Made by a program: the position numbers and the translations under genes. Of a DNA stretch of 30,282 nt, positions 17,895 to 26,067 are shown in pieces. Position 1 is the first letter of the stretch, and every line of letters starts with the position of its first letter. Source of the DNA: a virus (lineage: Duplodnaviria; Heunggongvirae; Uroviricota; Caudoviricetes); the IMG/VR virus record IMGVR_UViG_2671181050_000003. One strand, written 5' to 3'. Below the pieces are notes generated by a model, which saw nothing but the letters and a program-made list of their open reading frames with translations, was not told where the DNA came from and did no database searches.

Positions 17895-18124
17895 CCTTTA
17901 CAATGACACCACACTTCAAACATTCGTTTCACAACTTCACGGCAGTAGAAACCGTCAGCATCACGTGTCAGGTCATAGCGATCTCCGTGCTTCAGTCTCA
18001 TATAGCATTCGAATAATCTGTTCATATACTCTTCGCCATGAACTCCGCTATTACGCTGCTCATGCGCTTTTCCAGACGACCTGAATAAAGCCATGCGTTC
18101 AGGCACCTGCTGAATATCACGCAT
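17882..18124 (-). CDS. Hypothetical protein (80 aa)
   Basis: Internal ATG of track ORF 17882..18229 preceded by AAGGGGA; overlaps the ninH stop and the Q start, consistent with translational coupling. Confidence 0.4.
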   Translation of the reverse strand: MRDIQQVPERMALFRSSGKAHEQRNSGVHGEEYMNRLFECYMRLKHGDRYDLTRDADGFYCREVVKRMFEVWCHCKGWGL

Positions 18125-18317
18125 CAGTAGCTTTCCCCTTATCCCATCCACGATGAACCATAAGGACACCGTTGACGACGGCGTGCCGTTTGCCTTCTTT
18201 ATCACCGACATATTTTCTGACCGTAGCACGATTACAGTTCAGTTTTCGTGAAACTTCAGTCATATTGCCTCGTGCCTGGATAAGCAATTCCGGTATTGTT
18301 TGAATTGTGGCGTTCAT
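18117..18317 (-). CDS. ninH: NinH-like small DNA-binding protein (66 aa)
   Basis: Translation MNATIQTIPELLIQARGNMTEVSRKLNCNRATVRKYVGDKEGKRHAVVNGVLMVHRGW matches my recollection of lambda NinH along its length. Confidence 0.8.
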   Translation of the reverse strand: MNATIQTIPELLIQARGNMTEVSRKLNCNRATVRKYVGDKEGKRHAVVNGVLMVHRGWDKGKATDA

Positions 18318-18676
18318 ATGTTCTCCAGTTCGGTGATTTTTATCCCCACTCTACCGCCAAGCACTTTCACGCCGCGAATTACGCGAATGTCATCGAATTG
18401 CACGTCGTCTTCCGCAAATCCGGCGTGGATAAGAGAGTCGAGTAAACCTTTCAGGATGTTATCGAGGTCGCGACGGCGGGAATCTGGTGGTTCAGCAATA
18501 ATTGTGATGCGAAGTCGTGATTTAGTGAAAATGTCTAATCTGAGTTGCCGGATGATTTGCTGTACGTCTTTTCGGTATTTCTGGCCTTTATCGCTGATGT
18601 AGTACTGGCTTCCCCGTCTTCGCCAGTAGGTATTCACCGTCGGCGGCCAGGGAAGCACAAACTCATATTCATTCAT
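18314..18676 (-). CDS. rusA: RusA-family Holliday junction resolvase (120 aa)
   Basis: LPWPP motif and DSRRRDLDN catalytic-region motif; position in the nin region. Confidence 0.85.
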   Translation of the reverse strand: MNEYEFVLPWPPTVNTYWRRRGSQYYISDKGQKYRKDVQQIIRQLRLDIFTKSRLRITIIAEPPDSRRRDLDNILKGLLDSLIHAGFAEDDVQFDDIRVIRGVKVLGGRVGIKITELENI

Positions 18677-18966
18677 GACTTAATCTTCCCCTCCTTCAGC
18701 AATATCGCCAGCGTCCTGATCACGCCTTCCAGGTGGTAAAGTCTGGCGTCGTTGTTGTCGAGAATGCGAGTACGGCGATCGATTTCATTATGGCAGTCAC
18801 TACAGGCCCATGCAGCCAACAGATCATCTGGCTTTGTTCCCGTTCCGCAAATTCCAGCCATTCGGTAATGCGCCAGAACTGTAGTTTCAGGGTTGCCATT
18901 GCATACGCCATAAATCCGTACCTGGCATTCTCTGCCGCGCGCTTCTTTGCGTAGGTTTGTCATCAT
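18673..18966 (-). CDS. DUF1364 / YbcO-like nin-region protein
   Basis: MTNLRKEARGRECQVR...CNGNPET...CSDCH Cys-rich pattern; start taken at the internal Met pair preceded by GAGGAA; the track's longer start at 19002 would overlap ninE. Confidence 0.6.
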   Translation of the reverse strand: MMTNLRKEARGRECQVRIYGVCNGNPETTVLAHYRMAGICGTGTKPDDLLAAWACSDCHNEIDRRTRILDNNDARLYHLEGVIRTLAILLKEGKIKS

Positions 18967-18986
18967 CTTATTCCTCATGCAGTAGG

Positions 18987-19178
18987 CTATCCGGAGTGAC
19001 AATTAAATCTTGCTCGACGCCTTAGCCACCGGATATCCCACAGGTGAGCCGTATAGTTGAAGGTTTTAACATCAGATTCTTTGGGGACTGGCCTGGGTTT
19101 ATTTCGGGAGCGTTTGGTTGGAAGGTAATTGCAGTTTTCACAGACGATATCGGTGATGCTTCGTCGCTGTCGTCTCAT
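18987..19178 (-). CDS. ninE: NinE-like protein (63 aa)
   Basis: [30 protein letters not shown]...[18 protein letters not shown] matches my recollection of NinE; start overlaps the ninB stop. Confidence 0.6.
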   Translation of the reverse strand: MRRQRRSITDIVCENCNYLPTKRSRNKPRPVPKESDVKTFNYTAHLWDIRWLRRRARFNCHSG

Positions 19179-19585
19179 TCGTACCTCCTGTCGGTAAATC
19201 TGACACCCTGATCCACGGCCCAGGATGTTGTGTACTCAATCAGGCTTGCCATACGCTTCACGCTCATTTGCGCACTGCTTTCGCGGATATTGACGTATTC
19301 ACCTTCAAGACCTGGCAAAACATCAGCTTCCTGTTTTGTCGCCACGGCATGACCGCTGATTAACAAAACTTTCCACTGTTCTGGTTTTAGCCACCTGCCG
19401 CACCACTTAACCTGGCGGGATATATCAGCGACCATCGCGTGAAATTTTGCATTTTGAGCGAGATTACGCTTGTAATCGGTGATACGGATCGTAACGGGTT
19501 TGTCTTTATCGAGAGTTGTTGCAAGGATGGCGTTAATGGCGAATTGTTGCTGCTGCTTACTTCGGAGGAAGATAGTCTGGTTCAT
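19175..19585 (-). CDS. ninB: NinB-like recombination protein (136 aa)
   Basis: Similarity to lambda NinB (LDQNRK... versus [25 protein letters not shown]); synteny ninB-ninE. Confidence 0.75.
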   Translation of the reverse strand: MNQTIFLRSKQQQQFAINAILATTLDKDKPVTIRITDYKRNLAQNAKFHAMVADISRQVKWCGRWLKPEQWKVLLISGHAVATKQEADVLPGLEGEYVNIRESSAQMSVKRMASLIEYTTSWAVDQGVRFTDRRYE

Positions 19586-19639
19586 TATTCCCTCTCACTG
19601 GATTTTCCCAACAAAAAAGGAGCCGAAGCTCCTTTAGTT

Positions 19640-20341
19640 TCAGAATTCAAATTGTCTTGCCCGCAGGCTTTTCAGCATTGGCATGGCCCGCTGGATAACG
19701 GAACTTGACATGTCGAGACGTGTTACCTCCCTTAGTAGCGCGTCTCTGTTCTTCGTCACCATGTAGATGGTCTCAAACGCAATGTCATACAGCTTGTTCG
19801 TGTATGAGGAGTTCAGCTCTTTCATTATGGGGTACAGCTGCTTGCTAAGGTCCTGGGCTTTTTCCATCCAGAGTTGCATGTAGCAAAGGAGGATGATTTC
19901 CTCGGCTGTGAATTGTGGCTGAATCTGCGGCTGCTGTTCGGTTGGTGCTGTTTTTCCCTGGCTGAAATAGCAGTCTTCCAGTTTTTCGAACACTTCCCAC
20001 GCCTGATCGGTTTCGAGCATTTTTGCGTGACGGGCTGCGCCGCGTTCTGTCCAGAGGATGAGGGAGCGAACATTGCGGGCGATTTTCACAGAGTAACTTT
20101 CTGTTACCTCGCGGCTAACAGACTCGCTTAAAGATAGTCTGTGCTTAAACTCACGTAGTTCATTCCCTTCCAACTTAAAGAAATGTTTTCCCTGTACAAA
20201 TCGCGCAGAGTTACGGGAAAAATTCATTTTTATATTGACTGTTTCAGTGCCATACAATTGCGCCAATAATTCTGTAGTAATTACGGGGATCTGGTTGTAG
20301 GCAATTGGGGAAAGAGTTTCAACGGAAATTTGAGTCGCCAT
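19640..20341 (-). CDS. Phage antirepressor / Roi-like DNA-binding protein (233 aa)
   Basis: N-terminal ORF6N/KilA-N-like segment (ELLAQLYGTE...NFSRNSARFVQGKHFFKLEG) plus a C-terminal helical domain; position between the replication and nin genes. Confidence 0.6.
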   Translation of the reverse strand: MATQISVETLSPIAYNQIPVITTELLAQLYGTETVNIKMNFSRNSARFVQGKHFFKLEGNELREFKHRLSLSESVSREVTESYSVKIARNVRSLILWTERGAARHAKMLETDQAWEVFEKLEDCYFSQGKTAPTEQQPQIQPQFTAEEIILLCYMQLWMEKAQDLSKQLYPIMKELNSSYTNKLYDIAFETIYMVTKNRDALLREVTRLDMSSSVIQRAMPMLKSLRARQFEF

Positions 20342-20609
20342 GACAACGCCCTCTGGTTGATGAATTTAACTATCACCACCGTCAGGTGCAAATCTTTGGG
20401 TGGTGAGACGTACAGGGTTTGCACTACCGGATCAACCAACCGGCGAGCCTTTCGGCTCCCCCATACGCCCCACCATAATTCAGATGTGCGTGTGCTTACG
20501 ACAACAAAAAACACGCTCGCGGCGTGTGTCTGTCGCGGTTGAATATCCGGGGTGCAAATCCCGACGCCAGATTTTGCTGGCGTGCGAAGAATATAATCCC
20601 GGATATGTG

Positions 20610-20638
20610 TTGTCGTCAACATACCTTGAATGTATATA
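20610..20638 (+). promoter_or_regulatory. Candidate sigma-70 promoter (TTGTCG, 17-nt spacer, TATATA) for the toxin-antitoxin operon
   Basis: Hexamers read directly; the predicted start site is only a few nt before the first candidate ATG, giving a leaderless or short-leader mRNA. Confidence 0.4.
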
Positions 20639-20649
20639 ACAAATTTGTT

Positions 20650-20991
20650 ATGTTTACTCTCATGAACTACATTATCGAATACTACAGTGACGAGGTTGAA
20701 GCTGAGATCCTTTCTCTTCCTGAGACCTTACAAGCCCGGTACATTCGGTACACGGAGAAAATGCGTATTTACGGAGCTAATCTTGGTTCCCCGCATACAG
20801 AGGCATTTGGCGACGGTTTGTTTGAAATCCGCCTTAAGGGCTCGGAAGGCATAGGGCGTGTTTTTTACTGCACGCTAAAAGGAAAGCGAATCATTATGTT
20901 GCATAGCTTTGTAAAGAAAACGCAAAAAACTCCACCTGCCGAGCTTAGAAAAGCTGAAACCAGAATGAAGGAGGTTAAGCATGACTGGTAA
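20650..20991 (+). CDS. RelE/ParE-superfamily toxin, Gp49-like / HigB-like (about 110 aa)
   Basis: MNYIIEYY...LPETLQARYIRYTEKMRIYGANLGSPH...FEIRLKG...RVFYCTLKGKRIIMLHSFVKKTQKTP fits my recollection of the Gp49-like toxin family; 3' end overlaps the antitoxin start by 11 nt; start is 20650 or 20662 (no ribosome-binding site at either). Confidence 0.7.
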   Translation: MFTLMNYIIEYYSDEVEAEILSLPETLQARYIRYTEKMRIYGANLGSPHTEAFGDGLFEIRLKGSEGIGRVFYCTLKGKRIIMLHSFVKKTQKTPPAELRKAETRMKEVKHDW

Positions 20992-21289
20992 ACGTACCCC
21001 ACCTACCATGACACACGATGAAATGGTAGAAAAAATGTTGTCTAACCCCGCAGTAAAAGCAGAATACGACGCCATCGCCGATGAATTCGCACTACTTGAT
21101 GAAATGCTGGCAGCACGAAAAGAAGCTGGCTTAACCCAGGCTGAAGTTGCTGAACGTATGGGAACAAAAGCGACTGCGATAACCAGAATGGAAAGCAATC
21201 TTGCATCAGGTACAAGCGGCCCATCATTTGCCACACTGAAAAAATTCGCCCGTGCTACAGGGAAAAAACTCCAGATCCGCTTCGTTTAA
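20981..21289 (+). CDS. XRE-family helix-turn-helix antitoxin, HigA-like (102 aa)
   Basis: AAGGAGG ribosome-binding site; helix-turn-helix GLTQAEVAERMGTKATAITRMES; toxin-first operon order as in higBA. Confidence 0.75.
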   Translation: MTGKRTPPTMTHDEMVEKMLSNPAVKAEYDAIADEFALLDEMLAARKEAGLTQAEVAERMGTKATAITRMESNLASGTSGPSFATLKKFARATGKKLQIRFV

Positions 21290-21301
21290 CTCTCCACTAC
21301 C

Positions 21302-21326
21302 GCGCCGTCATTCTGGCGGCGCTTTA
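21302..21326 (+). terminator. Weak hairpin after the antitoxin gene
   Basis: GCGCCG/CGGCGC stem with a 9-nt loop followed by TTTA; poor U-tract. Confidence 0.3.
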
Positions 21327-21343
21327 CCCCAGAGAAATATCAA

Positions 21344-21589
21344 TCACCGGATTACCACATCCCACTCCGGCTCCTGCCATCTCAAATCCGGTGAATCATT
21401 TCTCTCAGGAATAACCATTACGTCCTTTTCCCTTCGCTCCCTTTCTATCGCCATCACAGCCAATGCTGCAACCATGATGTATTTTTGTTCGTCGGTTCCT
21501 GTTTCATAACGACGCATGAGGGTAAACTCGGGGCGATCAGTAACCTCAATGATTTCGTTAATTTCTTTAATTTCGCGAGGAATATCCAT
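21344..21589 (-). CDS. Hypothetical protein (81 aa)
   Basis: ATG preceded by AAAGGAGA; fills the gap between the antitoxin and the zinc-ribbon gene; its start overlaps the plus-strand start at a CCATGG palindrome. Confidence 0.35.
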   Translation of the reverse strand: MDIPREIKEINEIIEVTDRPEFTLMRRYETGTDEQKYIMVAALAVMAIERERREKDVMVIPERNDSPDLRWQEPEWDVVIR

Positions 21590-22262
21590 GGGTTTAGTCT
21601 CCTTTGATATCACATGCCCGCACTGTTTAAAAGAGCGAGCTGTTATTGAGGCATTTGCCGAAAAACAAATTGAAAAAACACCTTTTTTTAACGTCGCTTT
21701 TGTATGCAGAAGTTGTCATCGAGGAGGTGTTGCTATTGTTGAAATCCCATCAGACCACTATCACGGTCCCATGGCGGAAAGCCAGAAAAAAGACCTCGAT
21801 ATTCTGATTTCAGGAAATAGCCAGTACCGTTTCCGCAAGATCTATCCTGTGGTCAAAAAAATTACCGCACCAGAATATACGCCCCCGGTTGCAGACCGTA
21901 CTTTTGTTGAGGCAAAAGAGGATTTACAGAGGAGGCGGTACGACACAGTGGTTATTCTTTGTCGCAGAGTCCTCGATATCTCCACGAAAAAACTGCTCGG
22001 CGATGAAGCAGGAAAAGAATCGCTGTCGCAACGTATTCAGATGATTTACAAAAAAGGCCTGATCACTGAACAGATGAAGGAATGGGCTCATATTGTACGA
22101 ATTGATGCCAATAAAGCAGTTCATACAGATGAAGTTTTCACACCAATTGAGGCAAGCCAGATCCTGAGTTTTACCGAAATGTTTTTAGTCTACGCCTTCA
22201 CTCTGCCTGCAATGGTGGAAGCCAGACGTGAACAAAAAAGATCAGATTCAGCCTCTATATGA
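21588..22262 (+). CDS. Zinc-ribbon protein with a DUF4145-like C-terminal helical domain (224 aa); candidate defense protein
   Basis: Start taken at MGLVSFDITCPHC with a GAGGAA ribosome-binding site. CPHC...CRSC four-Cys pattern at the N-terminus; C-terminal region (...IVRIDANKAVHTDEVFTPIEASQIL...) resembles DUF4145 as I recall it; opposite strand to flanking phage genes. Confidence 0.55.
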   Translation: MGLVSFDITCPHCLKERAVIEAFAEKQIEKTPFFNVAFVCRSCHRGGVAIVEIPSDHYHGPMAESQKKDLDILISGNSQYRFRKIYPVVKKITAPEYTPPVADRTFVEAKEDLQRRRYDTVVILCRRVLDISTKKLLGDEAGKESLSQRIQMIYKKGLITEQMKEWAHIVRIDANKAVHTDEVFTPIEASQILSFTEMFLVYAFTLPAMVEARREQKRSDSASI

Positions 22263-22294
22263 ATCACTTTTCTGAACACGTAAGCCCCCGTCAT

Positions 22295-22726
22295 TCACGA
22301 CGGGGAGAACATCAATCCCTCTGCACTCCCTCGCCAGAATGCCAGCACACGCTGCATCGTTTCGCTGTTACGGCACTCGCGACAAATTGTGTTGTAGCGT
22401 CTGTCGTAGCGCCGTATTTCCCCATCTGGTAATGCCCGGATAAGGTCTGGATCAACGACAACCGGTTTCTTCGACTTTGCCCTTGAGAGTTTTTTGCGGG
22501 CATTTTGCCAGTCCTTACGAGCCTGTTCAGACGGGAATACTCCGTAACCGGAATTGTAAACATCACCACTGGCGGCCAGCTCCATGCATAAACGACCGAC
22601 AGACGCATGACTGACACCAATTTCATCCGATAACTGCCGAATCGTGCCTCGTCCGTTAAGGCGTACGAATTCCACGATCAGCCCCTTAATTTTTTCCCGC
22701 TCTTCTGGTGTAAATGCTCTTGTCAT
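22295..22726 (-). CDS. Hypothetical DNA-binding protein, winged-helix-like (143 aa)
   Basis: GGAGGTG ribosome-binding site before the ATG (MTRAFTPEE...); the track's first codon is a GTG; early-right operon position after the replication genes. Confidence 0.5.
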   Translation of the reverse strand: MTRAFTPEEREKIKGLIVEFVRLNGRGTIRQLSDEIGVSHASVGRLCMELAASGDVYNSGYGVFPSEQARKDWQNARKKLSRAKSKKPVVVDPDLIRALPDGEIRRYDRRYNTICRECRNSETMQRVLAFWRGSAEGLMFSPS

Positions 22727-22741
22727 AAGCACCTCCGGAGA

Positions 22742-23512
22742 TCACTTTGTTGTCGGTGAATGAACCGGAATATCAGCAATCGAACTGAAAATATCCCGGT
22801 GTTTATTCAGCTCCCGCAGCGCGGCGCAGACTCGCTCCCACTTCTGAACATCACTTTTCGCCCTGCGCAGCGCCAGGTTTGCCCTGCGCAGGGACGGAAA
22901 AATCAGCTCATCTGCTTGCGTTTCGGTAAACGATGGCAACGACTGCACAATGTCCGCCACAGTTTCTGTTTTAATTTCTTCCTGTGTTGCGGCTTCCCGG
23001 ACTGGTAACGCAGCACCTGCTGGCTGAGGAAAGGCCTTACCATCACTTTCCGTTACCAGCGCGGCTTTCGGCTCTGCTGGTAAATTATCGCCCGGCATGC
23101 AGTAACGAAATTTACCGTTCTGATTAACGCGTGCCAGCCGCCCCGTTGCGGTTACCACCGCCAGCGTGGAAGCAACCTTGCGAGTACTGACACCGAACTT
23201 ACCCGCCAGTTCCTCACACGTTTTAGCCCCATCCTGACCGATAAACTCAATCATCATGTCTGCGGTAACTTTTGGAGCAACCTCTTCGGTTACCACATCC
23301 GGCGCTTCAGGTTGTAGTGCCTGCCCTTCGGTTACCCCGGCTTCACCTTCGACAGCCAGAAACCAGGTGTGACCCGTTTTATCAACAACGCCATTTTTTT
23401 TGAGCTCCCACAGTTCGTTGAGAACTTCTTCACGGCTGATATCAAGCCGCGCCGCCAGTTCAACAGAATTGGCTTTTCCCATCGCTTTCAGTGCATGCAA
23501 TACGGTTTCCAT
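22742..23512 (-). CDS. Hypothetical prophage protein with N-terminal winged-helix-like region (256 aa)
   Basis: Follows the DnaC-like gene in the same operon; family not firmly recognised. Confidence 0.5.
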   Translation of the reverse strand: METVLHALKAMGKANSVELAARLDISREEVLNELWELKKNGVVDKTGHTWFLAVEGEAGVTEGQALQPEAPDVVTEEVAPKVTADMMIEFIGQDGAKTCEELAGKFGVSTRKVASTLAVVTATGRLARVNQNGKFRYCMPGDNLPAEPKAALVTESDGKAFPQPAGAALPVREAATQEEIKTETVADIVQSLPSFTETQADELIFPSLRRANLALRRAKSDVQKWERVCAALRELNKHRDIFSSIADIPVHSPTTK

Positions 23513-23537
23513 CGAAAATTTACCTCGTCAAAAATTC

Positions 23538-24278
23538 TCACATACCCTGACGTCCAACGTTTGACCGCCAGCTCTCCCAGTTAAAATTCACCCAACGACC
23601 ACCATTCATGGTCATACGGTCCATCACCCGATCTCCGAGGAGTGTGCTCATCGCTGCGTGATTCAGGTTCGTCAGGATCCCGACCGTGCGCAGTGATGCC
23701 GTTCTGCGGTCGACGATCTGGTTCAGTATGACCTGCTCGTTGCGCGTATCCCGCTGCATGCCAATTTCATCAAGGACCAGAAGGTCAACTCCACAAAGCT
23801 CCTGTAAAAATTTTTCCCCGGACTGGCCGTTGTTGTAGCCGTCATGCAACACGCTCATGACATCGGACACGGTGACGATAATCACGCTTCTCCCCTTCGC
23901 CATCAGCCGATTGCCAATCGCTGCTGCCAGGTGATTTTTACCGGTACCAGGTTTACCGCTGAACACGAAGTTTGTACACCCGGTCATCAATTCATCGGCA
24001 ATGGATTTCGCCTGGCTCAGAGCATGGCGCTGACCGTCGTTCTGCACCCGGTAGTTCCCGAATGAGCACTTCCTGTGAAGCGGCTGGATGCCCGCACGGT
24101 TCAGGATTTTTTCAACCCGCACCTGATGATTCAGGCGGTTAATTTCCTCGCTGCGCTTACGGCCCTCAGCCAGTTGCCATTCCCGCCATTCGTCGGTCGT
24201 CCGGAACGGTGGAACCGCCCCCTGTGGTGCAAGTCTGCGAATACGTTCAAGAACCCCAACTGCCGCAATGTTTTTCAT
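23538..24278 (-). CDS. DnaC-like helicase loader (IstB-type AAA+ ATPase, 246 aa)
   Basis: Walker A GKPGTGKNHLAAA and Walker B LLVLDEIG; follows the replication initiator. Confidence 0.85.
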   Translation of the reverse strand: MKNIAAVGVLERIRRLAPQGAVPPFRTTDEWREWQLAEGRKRSEEINRLNHQVRVEKILNRAGIQPLHRKCSFGNYRVQNDGQRHALSQAKSIADELMTGCTNFVFSGKPGTGKNHLAAAIGNRLMAKGRSVIIVTVSDVMSVLHDGYNNGQSGEKFLQELCGVDLLVLDEIGMQRDTRNEQVILNQIVDRRTASLRTVGILTNLNHAAMSTLLGDRVMDRMTMNGGRWVNFNWESWRSNVGRQGM

Positions 24279-24284
24279 GACACG

Positions 24285-25247
24285 TCACCCCCTGAATCCC
24301 GGCGGTATTTCAGTGTCCGGTTCAGAAATGTGATTCACGCAACGCTGCGCAGGCGAACGCCCCAGGCGGATAACCAGTTCATCCCATTTTTCCCGGAGTT
24401 TTGCCGGACTCATGATGTTTTTTACCCAGAACGAATCCCGCTGGAGACGCCCAAACATTTCACAAATTTGTCTGTGAGTTCTGCCATCCAGCATCCGCAT
24501 TGTGCGAACGTCATTGGCCCATGCTGTCCAGTTGGGTTCTTTCGGTCTAGTGATCTCGCCATCATAGCTGGCCGCCTGCTCGTAAAGACTCACGATTCGT
24601 CCCCAGATCCACTGTGCGCACACCAAATCTTCCTGACTTCCCCACTGGCGTTTTTTCGCACTGAACACAACCGCGTCAGGGTGTCGGGTTAAAAAATCCT
24701 GTTCAGCCGTCTGCGGGTCCGGTTGCGAAGCGTCCGGACAAGAAGATCTTTTATCTGACGGATCAGGTTTTAATACTGACGGATCGGGGTCAATCATCGC
24801 CCCCCTAATCGGCAGTTTTTTATCAACAGTTGATCCATCAAAATTTGACGGGTCAACCGTTGAGGGGTCAATATTTGACGGGTCAACTGTTAACGGGTCA
24901 TTTTTTGCCGGGCTAATTTTTCTTTTCGGTTTATATGACTCACGCGCCGCCGCCGCAGCTGCTTCGAGTTTTTCCACATTAAGCCGATAGATATTGCTTA
25001 CATTACGCCCACCGACCTTACGCTCTTCCTTCGTCAGCCAGCCCTCTTTCGCCAGTTCTGCAATAGCCGATTTCACTGTGGATTCACTTCTTGCACCGAT
25101 CTGACGCCGGATAGTTTCAATGGCAGGCCATGACACGCCCTCGTCATTGCTGTAGTCTGCAAGACGGGCCATAACCGCCACCCTGGATAAGATCATGCCG
25201 GTGAAGGCGCACCCTTCCCAGACAAGACCATGAAGCTTGCTGCTCAT
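24285..25247 (-). CDS. Replication initiation protein (O-like), carrying the iteron array internally
   Basis: N-terminal helix-turn-helix region (WPAIETIRRQIGARSESTVKSAIAELAKEGWL), a repeat-encoded linker and a C-terminal domain; start taken at the ATG (MSSKLHG...) because the track's first codon is a GTG. Confidence 0.75.
   Translation of the reverse strand: MSSKLHGLVWEGCAFTGMILSRVAVMARLADYSNDEGVSWPAIETIRRQIGARSESTVKSAIAELAKEGWLTKEERKVGGRNVSNIYRLNVEKLEAAAAAARESYKPKRKISPAKNDPLTVDPSNIDPSTVDPSNFDGSTVDKKLPIRGAMIDPDPSVLKPDPSDKRSSCPDASQPDPQTAEQDFLTRHPDAVVFSAKKRQWGSQEDLVCAQWIWGRIVSLYEQAASYDGEITRPKEPNWTAWANDVRTMRMLDGRTHRQICEMFGRLQRDSFWVKNIMSPAKLREKWDELVIRLGRSPAQRCVNHISEPDTEIPPGFRG
24783..24910. repeat. 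Iteron-like direct repeats (GACGGGTCAA-type, at least four copies) inside the initiator gene, followed by an AT-rich stretch; candidate origin
   Basis: Read directly: cggggtcaat, gacgggtcaa, gaggggtcaat, gacgggtcaa, aacgggtcat, then ttttttgccgggctaatttttcttttcggtttatat; translated as DPLTVDPSNIDPSTVDPSNFDGSTVD. Confidence 0.55.
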
Positions 25248-25269
25248 AAAACCCCCGAACACCGTGCTT

Positions 25270-25695
25270 TTAGTGCATCACCACAGCATTCCCTGCCGGG
25301 CCGCCGCGATTCATCTGGTCATACAAAACAACCGCTGACGCAACAAAATCATCGACATCCTTCACCAGCCGATCCCTCCGTTCGACGATCTCACGGTAAT
25401 ATTCAGAACTGTGGCTGCGCATACGGGCCACTAGCAAAGGCGGCATCGCCTTTTCGATCGCCGGTAACAGAGCCTGCATTTTTTCAACAGCATCAGGGGT
25501 GTCTTTATCCAGCCAACGGAAAATTTTCTGGGTATTACGGGCCAGGGCTTCCGGATGGCTGTCGTCATACAGTTCCGGGAACGTCATTCCCAGCTCGAAA
25601 TACGCTTTGGTAATTTTCGCAGCCGGCACTTTTTCGCCGTCCGGATGCGCCCAGACATTCATCGCCATGCGGATGTGTTCATGCTTGATTTTCAT
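25270..25695 (-). CDS. YdaT-like protein (141 aa)
   Basis: N-terminus MKIKHEHI matches my recollection of the Rac prophage YdaT; AGGAG ribosome-binding site; immediately downstream of the Cro-like gene. Confidence 0.6.
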   Translation of the reverse strand: MKIKHEHIRMAMNVWAHPDGEKVPAAKITKAYFELGMTFPELYDDSHPEALARNTQKIFRWLDKDTPDAVEKMQALLPAIEKAMPPLLVARMRSHSSEYYREIVERRDRLVKDVDDFVASAVVLYDQMNRGGPAGNAVVMH

Positions 25696-25960
25696 GAATC
25701 AAGCTCCTAGAAAGTGGTTGTGTTAACGTTTTGGTATCTTCCAGCTCGGGCCAAATATTCATCCAATCAAAAGGCCTTAGTTGCTGACGTGTAACTTCAC
25801 CATTACTGGCTCGCTCAATAAGGACACATAACGATGCCCCTAACACTTGACCTTTACTCAATGCCTTTCTTAGATAACCGATGCTGGTACCACACTCGCA
25901 TGCAAACATACGCTGTTCATCTGACGAAAGAGAATTGAGAAATATTCTTAATTCTTCCAT
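25679..25960 (-). CDS. Cro-like / YdaS-family helix-turn-helix regulator (93 aa)
   Basis: AAGGAG ribosome-binding site; divergent from the repressor gene across an operator-rich intergenic region. Confidence 0.6.
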   Translation of the reverse strand: MEELRIFLNSLSSDEQRMFACECGTSIGYLRKALSKGQVLGASLCVLIERASNGEVTRQQLRPFDWMNIWPELEDTKTLTQPLSRSLIHENQA

Positions 25961-25989
25961 AGCTACTCCTTAGTAAACACAGCAAAGAA

Positions 25990-26067
25990 TACCTACAGGT
26001 AAACAAAAGTCAATACCCACAGGTTGTTTACCTTGCGGTAATCGCATCTATTATTTACCTATGGACA
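25990..26067. promoter_or_regulatory. Operator cluster: four TACC-N4-GGTA sites in the cro/repressor intergenic region (OR-like)
   Basis: tacctacaggta (25990), tacccacaggtt (26014), taccttgcggta (26029), tacctatggac (26056, overlapping the repressor ATG). Confidence 0.5.

Noticed and set aside
20374-20575. Possible tRNA or sRNA upstream of the antirepressor (ggtgcaaatc occurs twice; 7-bp hairpin caccacc/ggtggtg)
   Set aside because: The T-loop-like motif has no pairing T-stem or acceptor stem and there is no terminator; most likely promoter or leader sequence.
22284-22305. Hairpin (CCCCGTC/GACGGGG) between the zinc-ribbon gene and the 143-aa gene as a terminator
   Set aside because: No U-tract on either strand, and it overlaps the 3' end of the minus-strand gene; may be a processing or stability element but not called as an intrinsic terminator.
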